A stretch of 35,789 nt of DNA. Source: Actinomycetota bacterium (GTDB taxonomy: Bacteria > Actinomycetota > Actinomycetes > Actinomycetales > Microbacteriaceae). The notes below the pieces were generated by a model. The model searched no databases, was not told the DNA's origin, and saw only the letters and a list, made by a program, of their open reading frames with translations. The position numbers were made by a program, and so were the translations under genes. Each line of letters begins with the position of its first letter. Position 1 is the first letter of the stretch. Positions 1-9,834 of this stretch are shown here, in pieces. The DNA is taken from NCBI GenBank assembly GCA_041175645.1, contig JBEDEQ010000001.1, forward strand, positions 1 through 35,789, read 5' to 3'.

Positions 1-846
1 TCGCTCATTGTGAATGATCAGGGCGGCATCATCGACGACCTCATCGTCTACCGCTTCACCGACGAGCGTTTTCTGATCATCGCTAACGCAGGTAACCATC
101 AGGCCGTCTGGTCTGCGTTAACCGAACGCTCCGCCGGTTTCGATGTGAAACTCGACGACGCTACTTCGCGTTACGCGCTCATTGCGGTTCAGGGCCCACG
201 CGCGGTCGAGGTTCTGAAAAGCCTCACGACCGCCCCTCTTGATGACCTTAAGTACTACTCGATTTTCGAGGGTGAGTTCAACGGCGCTCACGCGTTCTTC
301 GCGCGAACCGGCTACACCGGCGAAGACGGTTTCGAGCTGTTGGTGAAGAACGAGGATGCAGTTGCCACCTGGCGCGCCATTCTTCAGGCAGGCCGCTCAG
401 CCGGTTTGATTCCTGCCGGATACGCTTGCCGCGACACCCTGCGACTCGAGGCAGGTATGCCGTTGTACGGTAATGAGCTAGGTCTTCACACCACACCTTT
501 TGACGCGGGCTTTGCGCGCGTCGTTCGCCTCGACCATGACTTCGTTGGTGCATCCGCTCTGGCAAACAAGGCGGGCGACACCCCTGACCGCAAGCTAGTC
601 GCATTGGTTGGTGAAGGCCGTCGCGCAGCCCGCGCCCATTACGAACTGTTCGAGAGCGAAGCATCTGAGCACCCAATAGGTGAAATCACCACTGGCGCCC
701 TCTCGCCGACTCTCGGTTACCCCATCGCGATGGCTTATGTCGACTCTGTACACGCCGAACTGGGCACGACCGTTTGGGCCGATGTTCGCGGAAGCCGTCA
801 ACCGATGCAAATTAGTTCGCTACCGTTTTATAAGCGCGCCAAGTAA
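1..846 (+). CDS. gcvT: Glycine cleavage system aminomethyltransferase T (5' end outside window)
   Basis: Frame open from base 1; motifs [37 protein letters not shown]-terminal PFY; followed by gcvH and gcvP. Confidence 0.97.
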   Translation, partial: SLIVNDQGGIIDDLIVYRFTDERFLIIANAGNHQAVWSALTERSAGFDVKLDDATSRYALIAVQGPRAVEVLKSLTTAPLDDLKYYSIFEGEFNGAHAFFARTGYTGEDGFELLVKNEDAVATWRAILQAGRSAGLIPAGYACRDTLRLEAGMPLYGNELGLHTTPFDAGFARVVRLDHDFVGASALANKAGDTPDRKLVALVGEGRRAARAHYELFESEASEHPIGEITTGALSPTLGYPIAMAYVDSVHAELGTTVWADVRGSRQPMQISSLPFYKRAK

Positions 847-877
847 CAGATTCAAAAAGAGAGAAAAAGGGAAAACC

Positions 878-1252
878 ATGATTAACCGTGAAGGTCTGTT
901 TTACACAAAAGAACACGAGTGGCTTGCCATCGATGGCGACGTTGCCACCGTTGGAATCACCGAGTATGCAGCCGAGAAGTTGGGTGACGTTGTTTACGTT
1001 GACCTACCTAAGGTTGGCACCCAGACCACTTACATGAAAATTTGTGGCGAGATCGAATCGACCAAGTCGGTTGGCGAACTTTACGCCCCGGTCGACGGCG
1101 AAGTAGTCGCAGTGAACGAAACCGTTGCCACTAACCCTGAACTAATCAACCACGATGCATTCGGTGCCGGCTGGTTGATCAAGATTCGCTTCACCGAGCT
1201 ACCGACTCTGCTCAGCCACGACGAATACGCAGCTCTAACCAACGAAGGCTAA
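878..1252 (+). CDS. gcvH: Glycine cleavage system H protein
   Basis: YTKEHEW, VGITEYA, lipoyl-Lys motif [13 protein letters not shown]; ATG at 878 after purine-rich aaaaggga preferred over the ORF-track start at 680. Confidence 0.96.
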   Translation: MINREGLFYTKEHEWLAIDGDVATVGITEYAAEKLGDVVYVDLPKVGTQTTYMKICGEIESTKSVGELYAPVDGEVVAVNETVATNPELINHDAFGAGWLIKIRFTELPTLLSHDEYAALTNEG

Positions 1253-1259
1253 ACACAAA

Positions 1260-4085
1260 ATGACCAGCGCGCACAAAGATTTCAAATACCGTCACATTGG
1301 GCCTAGCGCCAGCGATCAACAGCACATGCTGCAAACGCTCGGCTATGAGAGCCTCGACGATTTGATGTCTGACGCCGTGCCGCAGGTCATCCGCTTTAAT
1401 GGTGAAGGCGCGCTGCCCGAACCAATCAGTGAGCCTGAGGCACTAGGTGAGCTTCGCGCGCTCGCCGCTCGCAACCGAATCACCGCGTCGATGATTGGAC
1501 TCGGTTACTACGGCACACATGTGCCAGGAGTCATCAAGCGCAATGTTCTAGAAAACCCTTCTTGGTACACCGCATACACGCCGTATCAGCCTGAGATTTC
1601 TCAGGGCCGCCTCGAAGCGTTGATCAACTTTCAAACCATGGTCACCGACCTGACCGGAATGAAGACCGCCAACGCATCGATGCTCGACGAAGGCACGGCT
1701 GTTGTCGAAGCCATGATGATTGCTCGTCGCTCGAGTGACTCAAAGTCGAACGTTTTCTATGTCGACTCGGATGCTCTGCCGCAGACCAAAGCGCTGCTAG
1801 AACACCGTGCCGAACCCCTCGACATCGAGGTTCGATACTTTGACGCGGCTAAAGGCAGCGACGAACTAACTGGTGAGTACTTCGGGCTCATGCTGCAATA
1901 CCCGGGAGCATCTGGTGCGATCACCGACATCAAGCCAGCCATCGATGCGGCACATGCTGCTTCGGCTATTGCCGTAGTTGCCGCCGACCTTCTCTCGCTA
2001 ACTCTGATTGCTGCACCTGGTGATTTGGGCGCTGACATTGCGGTTGGAACCTCGCAGCGTTTCGGTGTTCCGATGGGCTTTGGTGGCCCACACGCTGGCT
2101 ACCTCACTGTTCGCGATGGACTAGAGCGCTCAATGCCTGGCCGCTTGGTTGGCGTCTCGATCGACGCCGAAGGTGCCCCGGCATATCGCCTCACCCTGCA
2201 AACTCGCGAACAGCACATTCGCCGAGAGCGTGCCACCTCGAACATTTGCACCGCGCAGGTGCTGCTCGCCGTTATGGCTGGCATGTATGCCGTTTACCAC
2301 GGACCTCGAGGGCTTCGCGCAATCGCGAACGAGGTTCACACCAAGACCATCGCGCTCGCCGAGTCGCTAACGGCTGCCGGTCTAACGCTTTCGAGCCAAG
2401 AGTTCTTTGACACCATCCGAGTTTTGAATGTTGACGCCGAAGCAGTTTGGCAGAAGGCGCGCGCCCACGGCATCACCATGTTGAAAGTGGATGCTTCGAC
2501 AATCGGTATTTCGGTCGACGAAACCACCAGCGAGGCAACCCTCAACGCCATCGCACACGCGTTTGGTGCCGAGCTCGTCAACATCGCTGACTCGAGTCGC
2601 TTGTCGAACTTCGCTCGCACCACCTCTTACCTAACGCACGAGGTGTTCAACTCGCACCACAGCGAAACCTCGATGCTGCGCTACCTCAAGCGCCTGGCCG
2701 ACTATGACTACGCGCTAGACCGCGGCATGATTCCTCTTGGCTCATGCACCATGAAGCTGAACTCAACCACCGAGATGGAGGCCGTCACCTGGCCAGAGTT
2801 CGGCAACATCCACCCGTTTGCACCAGCCGACGACACTCGCGGCTACCTTCAGATGATCGACCAGCTGACCACTTGGCTTTGCGAAGTCACCGGCTACGAC
2901 GCTGTTTCGCTTCAGCCGAATGCCGGCAGCCAGGGTGAGCTCGCGGGTCTAATGGCAATTCGCGGCTACCACCTGTCCCGCGGCGATGTTCAACGAACCG
3001 TATGTCTCATTCCTTCGAGCGCGCACGGCACAAATGCGGCATCGGCCGTTCTTGCAGGCATGCAGGTAGTCGTTGTGGCCTGTGACGAAAACGGTAACGT
3101 AGATGTCGCAGACCTTGCCTCGAAGATTGATGAAGCAGGCGACCGCCTGAGCGCGCTCATGGTTACCTACCCGTCGACCCACGGCGTGTACGAAGAAGCC
3201 ATTGTCGACATTTGCGATCGCGTTCACGCTGCCGGTGGTCAGGTTTACATCGACGGTGCAAACACCAACGCCGTTGTCGGTTATGCAAAGTTCGGTAAGT
3301 TCGGTGGCGATGTGAGCCACCTCAACTTGCACAAAACTTTCTGCATTCCTCACGGTGGCGGCGGCCCAGGGGTCGGCCCTGTAGCAGCGCGCGCTCACCT
3401 CGCACCATTCCTACCTGGTCACTCACAAGCCCAAACCGAGCTTCCGGCGTTCGGACCAATCTCGGCAGCGCCTTACGGCTCAGCCAGCATCCTGCCAATC
3501 TCATGGGCATACATTCGCATGATGGGCAACGTTGGTCTTGCTGAGGCAACAGCAACCGCAGTTTTGGCAGCCAACTACGTGGCCAAGAAACTCGAGGGTC
3601 ACTACGAAGTTCTGTACACCGGAAACAAGGGTCTGGTAGCTCACGAGTGCATTCTCGATGTTCGTCCACTCACCAAAGACTCTGGTGTAACAGTCGATGA
3701 CATCGCCAAGCGTCTAATCGACTACGGGTTCCACGCACCAACGATGTCGTTCCCAGTTGCCGGCACCTTGATGATCGAGCCAACCGAAAGCGAGCCGCTC
3801 GAAGAGCTCGATCGTTTCGTCGACGCCATGATTGCTATTCGCGCCGAAGCTGCCAAGGTTGAGTCGGGGGAGTGGAACGTCGAAGACAACCCACTTCGCA
3901 ACGCCCCGCACACCGCGAAATCGGTCATCGGTGAGTGGAACAAGTCATACTCTCGTGAACTTGCCGCCTACCCGGTTGTCGGTCAACACCGCAACAAGTA
4001 CTGGCCAATCGTGCGTCGAATTGACTCTGTTTATGGTGACCGCAACTTGGTTTGCTCTTGCCCTCCACCCGAGGCTTTCGCCTAA
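1260..4085 (+). CDS. gcvP: Glycine dehydrogenase (decarboxylating), single-chain P protein
   Basis: [37 protein letters not shown] motif HLNLHKTF, C-terminal [11 protein letters not shown]. Confidence 0.98.
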   Translation: MTSAHKDFKYRHIGPSASDQQHMLQTLGYESLDDLMSDAVPQVIRFNGEGALPEPISEPEALGELRALAARNRITASMIGLGYYGTHVPGVIKRNVLENPSWYTAYTPYQPEISQGRLEALINFQTMVTDLTGMKTANASMLDEGTAVVEAMMIARRSSDSKSNVFYVDSDALPQTKALLEHRAEPLDIEVRYFDAAKGSDELTGEYFGLMLQYPGASGAITDIKPAIDAAHAASAIAVVAADLLSLTLIAAPGDLGADIAVGTSQRFGVPMGFGGPHAGYLTVRDGLERSMPGRLVGVSIDAEGAPAYRLTLQTREQHIRRERATSNICTAQVLLAVMAGMYAVYHGPRGLRAIANEVHTKTIALAESLTAAGLTLSSQEFFDTIRVLNVDAEAVWQKARAHGITMLKVDASTIGISVDETTSEATLNAIAHAFGAELVNIADSSRLSNFARTTSYLTHEVFNSHHSETSMLRYLKRLADYDYALDRGMIPLGSCTMKLNSTTEMEAVTWPEFGNIHPFAPADDTRGYLQMIDQLTTWLCEVTGYDAVSLQPNAGSQGELAGLMAIRGYHLSRGDVQRTVCLIPSSAHGTNAASAVLAGMQVVVVACDENGNVDVADLASKIDEAGDRLSALMVTYPSTHGVYEEAIVDICDRVHAAGGQVYIDGANTNAVVGYAKFGKFGGDVSHLNLHKTFCIPHGGGGPGVGPVAARAHLAPFLPGHSQAQTELPAFGPISAAPYGSASILPISWAYIRMMGNVGLAEATATAVLAANYVAKKLEGHYEVLYTGNKGLVAHECILDVRPLTKDSGVTVDDIAKRLIDYGFHAPTMSFPVAGTLMIEPTESEPLEELDRFVDAMIAIRAEAAKVESGEWNVEDNPLRNAPHTAKSVIGEWNKSYSRELAAYPVVGQHRNKYWPIVRRIDSVYGDRNLVCSCPPPEAFA

Positions 4086-4088
4086 GGG

Positions 4089-4733
4089 CTAACTTAAGCT
4101 TCTGATGGCTAGCACTACTGCTAGAGCGATGATCATGGCGCCGCCAAGCAGGCTAAGCCAGGTTCGAACTTTTGGAGTGGTTACACCTCGAATAGCAGCA
4201 CCCGTCAAAGCCAGCGCCTGCTGACAAACCACCGAGCCGATGAAAACACCCGATGCGAACGCAATAGTTGCCGAAACCGGGTCTGAGCCGGTGAGTCCCA
4301 CAAGGCTCGGAGTGATGGCCAAGAAGTAGAGCGCAGTAGGTGGGTTCACCACTGTGGCAGCGGCGAACTTCAGGTAGGTCTTGCCAGCAGTGGTCAGCTC
4401 AGTCTGCGATTGAGCTGAATTCTCGGATGCGCGCCTAAGCCTCAGCGCTTTATAAATGGTTTGGGCACCCAAACCAAGCAAGATCGCGGCACCAATCAAG
4501 CTGAACCATAGTCCGTAGGTTCCTAGGATTCCCGCAACGGCAGATCCGGCCAGAAAAACCACTACGGCATAGGTCGCGTCGACCGAGGCCATGGCTAGTG
4601 CGCCAGCGGCCCCGACGCGGAGGCCGTGGCGCAGGGTTGTGTCAATCAGAAGAAGCGCCATCGGGCCAACAGGTATGGCGAGGGCAATGCCGGCTGTTAG
4701 ACCGAAAAAGAAGAGCTCAGCAAGATTTGGCAC
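4089..4733 (-). CDS. LysE/RhtB family amino acid exporter
   Basis: N-terminal G..AG..LAIPVGP motif, internal T..NP motif, about 6 hydrophobic segments, 214 aa. Confidence 0.85.
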   Translation of the reverse strand: MPNLAELFFFGLTAGIALAIPVGPMALLLIDTTLRHGLRVGAAGALAMASVDATYAVVVFLAGSAVAGILGTYGLWFSLIGAAILLGLGAQTIYKALRLRRASENSAQSQTELTTAGKTYLKFAAATVVNPPTALYFLAITPSLVGLTGSDPVSATIAFASGVFIGSVVCQQALALTGAAIRGVTTPKVRTWLSLLGGAMIIALAVVLAIRSLS

Positions 4734-4739
4734 ACGTTC

Positions 4740-4745
4740 ACCTTA
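4740..4745 (-). promoter_or_regulatory. Putative -10 element (TAAGGT) of a leaderless LysE transcript
   Basis: TANNNT hexamer 6 nt upstream of the GTG start; no convincing SD. Confidence 0.45.
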
Positions 4746-4796
4746 TTGGCTGTAAGCGTTTTCGGTTTTCGCACCCAAGTACAAGACAGCACTTAG

Positions 4797-4845
4797 GTAA
4801 CAGGAATGTTACAAAATGTAAAAAAGCAAATTTTTGTTAACATTC
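4797..4845. promoter_or_regulatory. AT-rich operator-like region upstream of the ABC binding-protein gene (GlnR/MtrA-like GTnAC-n6-GTnAC)
   Basis: gtaac-aggaat-gttac at 4797-4812; inverted repeat gaatgtta (4804-4811) / taacattc (4838-4845). Confidence 0.45.
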
Positions 4846-4936
4846 TGGGATTTTGCACTCTAAAGTTATAAACACCCAAGGGTTATTGCGTCTTTCTCGA
4901 GAGACTCAATCGCCCGAATCCAACAAGGAGAAACAC

Positions 4937-6784
4937 ATGAAAGCAACACGCATCGTTCGCGCGGTGGCCGTGGCTGCAGCTGGTGCCCTTGGCGTTGCCG
5001 GTTTGGTAGCGCCTGCACAGGCTGCAACTCGTACCACTGTTGTGATCCACGCGTCAAACGCGCTCACGTCGTTTAACAGCGGTACCCCTGAGACCAACCT
5101 TGTAACCAACAGCGATGTGGGTTACATGACTGGTGCAGGCTTCGCCTACTACGACAACAACAAGAACCTCGTTCGTAACACCACTTTCGGTACCTTCGGT
5201 ATCGTTTCCAAGAGTGGCTGTGCACTTGCTGTCAAGTACACCGTCAAGCCTGGTCGTGTGTGGTCAGACGGCACCCCAATCGATGGTGTTGACCTTCTTC
5301 TAAGCCACATTCTTGGAAGCAGCGCTTACTCGAAGGCCGCTGGCCTAGGTGACCCTGCAAACGCAGAGGTAGTTCCATCGTTCAATTCGTTCTACGGTGG
5401 TCCTTACGACAGCGCTATCAAGGGTGAACCAGCTCTTTCAACTGACAAAATGTCTGTAACCCTCTGCTACTCAAGCTTCGTGCCAGACTGGCAGATCATG
5501 GGCCCTGGTCCTGCTCCAGTTCACACGCTGGTTCAGATGGCAAACGGCAAGACTACTGCTCAGAGCCTGACCCAGAACAAGGCTGACAAGGCCGCCTTCT
5601 TGGCTGCGTTCAAGGCAAAGGACACCACTCTTCTAAAGAAGATCGGTGACGTCTGGAGCAACGACTACAACATCAAGACCGTAAACTCTTCGACCAACCC
5701 GCTACTCTTCGTTGGTAACGGTGGTTTCTTGGTCAAGTCGGCAGTTGCAGACCAGTCGGTAACCATGACCGTGAACCCTAAGTACAACAGCGGACCAAAG
5801 CTTTCGGGCAAGGTCAAGACTGTGATTCACAAGTTCATTGGTGACTCGACCGCTGCTGCTCAGGCCCTTGCTAACAAGGAACTTGACATCTACGCAGGTC
5901 AGCCAACCGCTGACGCAGTTGAGGCACTGAAGGCACTCAAGGGTGTAAAGACCATCGGTGGTGTTAACGCTTGCTTCGAGCACGTTGACGTTCGCGTTGG
6001 TTCAATCATTCCTGGCGAAGACTACAAGGGCGTTTTTGCTGGTATGTCGACTAAGGCTAAAGAACTTCGTAAGGCGTTCCTACTTGCCTACCCACGTCAA
6101 GACATCATCGACACCCTGGTCAAGCCAGTTAACTCGAACGCGGTTCTAGGTAACTCATCGTTCTTGCTACCTGGTCAGAAGGGTTACACCGAGGTTGCTG
6201 CCTACACCAAGTCGATCTACGCGACTGGTACCCAGGCGCAGCGCACCGCCAAGGCTCTAGCTCTTGTAAAGAAGTACTACAAGACTGCTAAGGCCGGAAG
6301 CAAGTCGGTGAAGGTTAACATCCTTTGGGGTGCTCCTTCAAACACCCGTCGTGCAAACGAATTCCAGTTGGCTCGCTACGAGCTTGGTAAGGCCGGTTTC
6401 GACCTAACCAACGCTGGTGGAACCAACGGTTGGTCTGCGTTCCTTGACTCGAATGCTTACGACGCCGCGTTCTTCGCATGGTGCCCAAGCTCGGTCAGCC
6501 AGACCGGTTCGAACGCCAACTTCAAGAGCGACGGCGGAAACAACCTAATCGGTTACAAGAGCGCAGCCATGGACAAGATCCTTGACAAGCTTGAGACCAA
6601 ATTGACCGATGCTCAGGTAATCGCGCAGTACAAGGCAGCCGACAAGCTAATCGCTGACGACGCCATCACCCTGCCGATCTTCCAGCACCCAGCAGTGACC
6701 GCGCACAACTCGGCACTGAAGGGCGTAAAGCCGGCCCCACTAACTCCAAACATCGTTTGGAACTACTGGGAGTGGAGCTACTAA
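4937..6784 (+). CDS. ABC transporter substrate-binding protein, family 5 (peptide/nickel)
   Basis: SD aaggag before ATG 4937; Sec signal MKATRIV...APAQA; WSDGTPIDGVD motif; TLPIFQHP and WN..EW C-terminus. Confidence 0.92.
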   Translation: MKATRIVRAVAVAAAGALGVAGLVAPAQAATRTTVVIHASNALTSFNSGTPETNLVTNSDVGYMTGAGFAYYDNNKNLVRNTTFGTFGIVSKSGCALAVKYTVKPGRVWSDGTPIDGVDLLLSHILGSSAYSKAAGLGDPANAEVVPSFNSFYGGPYDSAIKGEPALSTDKMSVTLCYSSFVPDWQIMGPGPAPVHTLVQMANGKTTAQSLTQNKADKAAFLAAFKAKDTTLLKKIGDVWSNDYNIKTVNSSTNPLLFVGNGGFLVKSAVADQSVTMTVNPKYNSGPKLSGKVKTVIHKFIGDSTAAAQALANKELDIYAGQPTADAVEALKALKGVKTIGGVNACFEHVDVRVGSIIPGEDYKGVFAGMSTKAKELRKAFLLAYPRQDIIDTLVKPVNSNAVLGNSSFLLPGQKGYTEVAAYTKSIYATGTQAQRTAKALALVKKYYKTAKAGSKSVKVNILWGAPSNTRRANEFQLARYELGKAGFDLTNAGGTNGWSAFLDSNAYDAAFFAWCPSSVSQTGSNANFKSDGGNNLIGYKSAAMDKILDKLETKLTDAQVIAQYKAADKLIADDAITLPIFQHPAVTAHNSALKGVKPAPLTPNIVWNYWEWSY

Positions 6785-6818
6785 AGACTCGACTGAGTTT
6801 TTAGTAACAAGCTAAAAA

Positions 6819-6854
6819 CCAATGGCACCCGGATGAAAATCCGGGTGCCATTGG
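6819..6854 (+). terminator. Perfect 16-bp stem-loop after the binding-protein gene (terminator or mRNA stabiliser)
   Basis: ccaatggcacccggat-GAAA-atccgggtgccattgg; only a weak U tract follows. Confidence 0.8.
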
Positions 6855-6934
6855 CTTGCTTGAAGGTAAACTAAATGAGGTTTGTTTAGACATCGTTTAT
6901 ACGATGGTCACAACGCCGTGGCGAAAGGTATCAA

Positions 6935-8494
6935 GTGCTAACGTACTTAACTCGAAGAGTTACACAGTTGCTACTCATTCTTTTTGTGAGTAGCTATCTC
7001 ACCTACATTCTTCTGGCCTGGTCTGGTGACCCGCTAGAAGAGCTTCGCCTCAGCAGCGACCCTAAAAAAGAGCAGACCATCATCGCTCTAACCCGCCAGC
7101 TCGACCTAGATACGCCAGCTCCCCTGCGATACTTCAAGTGGATGGCCGGCATGCTAGGTATCTTCTGGGGCAAGTTCACCATGGGTGAATCGCGCCAAGG
7201 TCAAGATGTCGCTGAACTTATTGCAACAGCAATACCCACAACCATTCGCTTGGTGCTCGCAGCCACCATTCTCGCCATTCTCGTCGGCATCACAATCGGT
7301 GTTGTTACTGCTTTGCGCCAGTACAGCCGCTTCGACTATGCGATTACCTTCGTATCGTTCCTATTCTTCTCTCTTCCAATTTTCTGGGTCGCAGTATTGC
7401 TCAAGCAGTACATGTCGATCAGCTTCAACGACTGGCTGGCAAATCCGATAATCGATCCGCTTTGGCTCGTGGGGGCGGGTATAGTCGCAGGTATTTTCTG
7501 GTCCGGAGTTATTGGTGGCACAATGCAGCGCGTTCTGGTTGTTTTCGGTGCTGCCTTTGCTTCGACATCCGGCGTTTTGTTCTGGCTATCTAGCACCAAC
7601 TGGTTCAATACCCTCTCATTAGGAATCGGATTTGTAATCGTTGTCGGCCTGGGATTGGCCTTCTTGATTGTGACCGCATCAACCGGTCTTTCGAACCGCC
7701 CGGCGCTCTACTCGTCACTGACCATGGTTGCTATCGGTGGGGCTATTTACTACCCAATTCAGTCAGTCTTGATCAAGGACTTCAGCGGCTGGACCTTGGT
7801 CGGGCTAGCCTTGGCGACTAGTGTCGTCGGCATGTTGGCCGGATTCCTTTTTGCAAAGGAAGATCGCGCTGCGGTTATGCGCACCAGCGTCATTACTGCA
7901 GTAGTGGTTGCTTTACTTATTGTTATGGATCGCGTTTCTCAGGAATGGGTTCCATATGTCAACAGCGACTTCGTTTCAGGGCGTCCAATTCCTACCGTTG
8001 GCCAGGTCAACGATCAAATAGCTATGGAGCTTCAAGAGAGTCCTAATTTCTGGATGGGAACTCTTGACGGGCTTTTGCACATCATTCTTCCTACCGTTGC
8101 CCTGACCATCGGGTCGTTCGCTGGGTACGTGCGCTACACCCGCGGTAACTTGCTCGAGGTTCTAAACATGGACTATGTGCGTACCGCGCGTGCCAAAGGT
8201 CTCACCGAGAGAACCGTAGTGATGCGCCACTCGTTCCGTAACGCCCTTATTCCGCTCACTACTCTCATGGCTTGGGACTTCGCTGGCCTAATAGGTGGTG
8301 CGATTATCACCGAGAGCGTATTCGGTTGGATCGGTATGGGAACGCTGGTTCGCCAGGCATTGTTCTCGTTCGACCTCAATCTGATGATGGGTGTGTTCCT
8401 CATCACATCAACATTGGCTGTGAGTGCGAACTTAGTTTCAGACCTGCTCTATTCAGCACTTGACCCACGCATTCGCGTAGGAACCGGAGAATAA
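6935..8494 (+). CDS. Peptide ABC transporter permease (OppB/DppB-like) with large membrane insertion
   Basis: N-terminal YLTRR..L, GDP, LDLD.P..RY; EAA loop DYVRTARAKGL; ITESVF.W.GMG; DLLYSALDPRIR; SD gaaagg before GTG. Confidence 0.93.
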   Translation: MLTYLTRRVTQLLLILFVSSYLTYILLAWSGDPLEELRLSSDPKKEQTIIALTRQLDLDTPAPLRYFKWMAGMLGIFWGKFTMGESRQGQDVAELIATAIPTTIRLVLAATILAILVGITIGVVTALRQYSRFDYAITFVSFLFFSLPIFWVAVLLKQYMSISFNDWLANPIIDPLWLVGAGIVAGIFWSGVIGGTMQRVLVVFGAAFASTSGVLFWLSSTNWFNTLSLGIGFVIVVGLGLAFLIVTASTGLSNRPALYSSLTMVAIGGAIYYPIQSVLIKDFSGWTLVGLALATSVVGMLAGFLFAKEDRAAVMRTSVITAVVVALLIVMDRVSQEWVPYVNSDFVSGRPIPTVGQVNDQIAMELQESPNFWMGTLDGLLHIILPTVALTIGSFAGYVRYTRGNLLEVLNMDYVRTARAKGLTERTVVMRHSFRNALIPLTTLMAWDFAGLIGGAIITESVFGWIGMGTLVRQALFSFDLNLMMGVFLITSTLAVSANLVSDLLYSALDPRIRVGTGE

Positions 8495-8496
8495 CC

Positions 8497-9816
8497 ATGT
8501 TTGGAAAGAAAAAGGCAGCAGCTTCTGCAGAGACTTTGTCTTCTGAATCAAATGAAAACGCGATTTCGAATAAAGAGACTGAAGGTCTAAGCCAGGGTCA
8601 GATTGTTCGTCGTCGCTTTGTGCGTCACCGCGGCGCGATGATTGGCCTGTTCACCCTAATCTCTATAGTCTTGTTCACCTATTCGGCTTCAGGTCTTCAC
8701 CTGGGCAATGAGAAGAACCCGATCACCATTCCGGGTTGGTGGCACTACAGCATCACAGATCTTCCCGAACTTCGCTATGGTGACGCGTGTCCCGATGGTT
8801 CTACGGGCTGCCCCACACTCGACCTGAACCCATTTGACGTCACGCCAGTGGGAACCATTGCTGGCCTTGAAGGAGACGGATCAAGAGTCCTAGTTTCGTT
8901 GAACGGCGTTAATGCCCTTAAGGCTGGCGACCAGGTTGTTATTTCAGGTGTGAAGCCAGAATCTTTCAACGGTACCTTTACGATCACCGAAGCAACCGAA
9001 TATGACCTCAGTTATGAGAGCACCGCTTCGGGAACACCTGAAGATGTATCCAGTGCAAGCGTCGGCACCATGCAGTTCGGCCTCGGCGATCACCCGTTCG
9101 GTCAAGATGACATTGGTCGTGACTACTTTGCGCTGGTAATGCGAGGCGCTGAACAGTCGATCATGGTTATGTTGATCATCGGGTTCCTCGGTGGTTTGAT
9201 CGGAACTGTTGTAGGTGCCGTAGCGGGTTACTTCCGCGGTCGCATCGACGGTTTCTTGATGCGTGTGGTTGACCTTTTCACCACCATCCCGGTCATCCTT
9301 ATTGGTGCCGTGATCGGTTTCAAGGTCGGTAACCTCGGGGTGGTCGTGTTGGCTGTGTTCCTAGGTTTGTTCGGCTGGATTGGACTCGCGCGTTTGGTTC
9401 GAGGCGAGTTCTTGAGTCTTCGCGAACGAGAGTTTGTAGACGCGGCAAGAGTCGCCGGTGCAAGCCATCGCCGAATCATCTTCAAGCACATCCTGCCTAA
9501 TGCCGTCGGTATCATCATTGTGGCCGTGACCCTATCGATGTCGGGTGCTATCTTGCTCGAAACCGGTCTTTCTTACCTTGGCTTCGGTGTGGTTTCTCCC
9601 GACGTGTCGCTTGGTTCGTTGATTAGCCAATACCAAGACTCGTTTGCCACCCGCCCTTGGTTGTTCTGGTGGCCAGGTCTGTTCATTATCGCGATTGCTC
9701 TTTGCATCAACTTCATTGGAGATGGTCTGCGCGACGCGTTCGACCCTCGTCAACGTCGCCGCATCAGCAAGAAAGACCGCGAGCAGGCCAAGTTGGCAGC
9801 TAAGGTCTCTGCCTAA
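8497..9816 (+). CDS. Peptide ABC transporter permease (OppC/DppC-like) with extracellular insertion
   Basis: RRRFVRHRGA, HPFGQDDIGRD, EFVDAARVAGAS..RII.KHILPN, NFIGDGLRDAFDPR. Confidence 0.94.
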   Translation: MFGKKKAAASAETLSSESNENAISNKETEGLSQGQIVRRRFVRHRGAMIGLFTLISIVLFTYSASGLHLGNEKNPITIPGWWHYSITDLPELRYGDACPDGSTGCPTLDLNPFDVTPVGTIAGLEGDGSRVLVSLNGVNALKAGDQVVISGVKPESFNGTFTITEATEYDLSYESTASGTPEDVSSASVGTMQFGLGDHPFGQDDIGRDYFALVMRGAEQSIMVMLIIGFLGGLIGTVVGAVAGYFRGRIDGFLMRVVDLFTTIPVILIGAVIGFKVGNLGVVVLAVFLGLFGWIGLARLVRGEFLSLREREFVDAARVAGASHRRIIFKHILPNAVGIIIVAVTLSMSGAILLETGLSYLGFGVVSPDVSLGSLISQYQDSFATRPWLFWWPGLFIIAIALCINFIGDGLRDAFDPRQRRRISKKDREQAKLAAKVSA

Positions 9817-9834
9817 CCAAGGCAGATCAGAAAG

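Noticed and set aside
680-877. Long N-terminal extension of gcvH in the ORF track
   Set aside because: Overlaps gcvT; homology and SD support ATG 878. The same applies to the track extensions of the binding proteins, typA, fdxA, rpmF and rpsP
1-880. Glycine riboswitch for the gcv operon
   Set aside because: It would lie upstream of gcvT, outside the window; the internal gaps are too short
6819-6854. Long palindrome as a MITE or REP element
   Set aside because: Single copy in the window, no target-site duplication, and positioned as expected for a 3' hairpin
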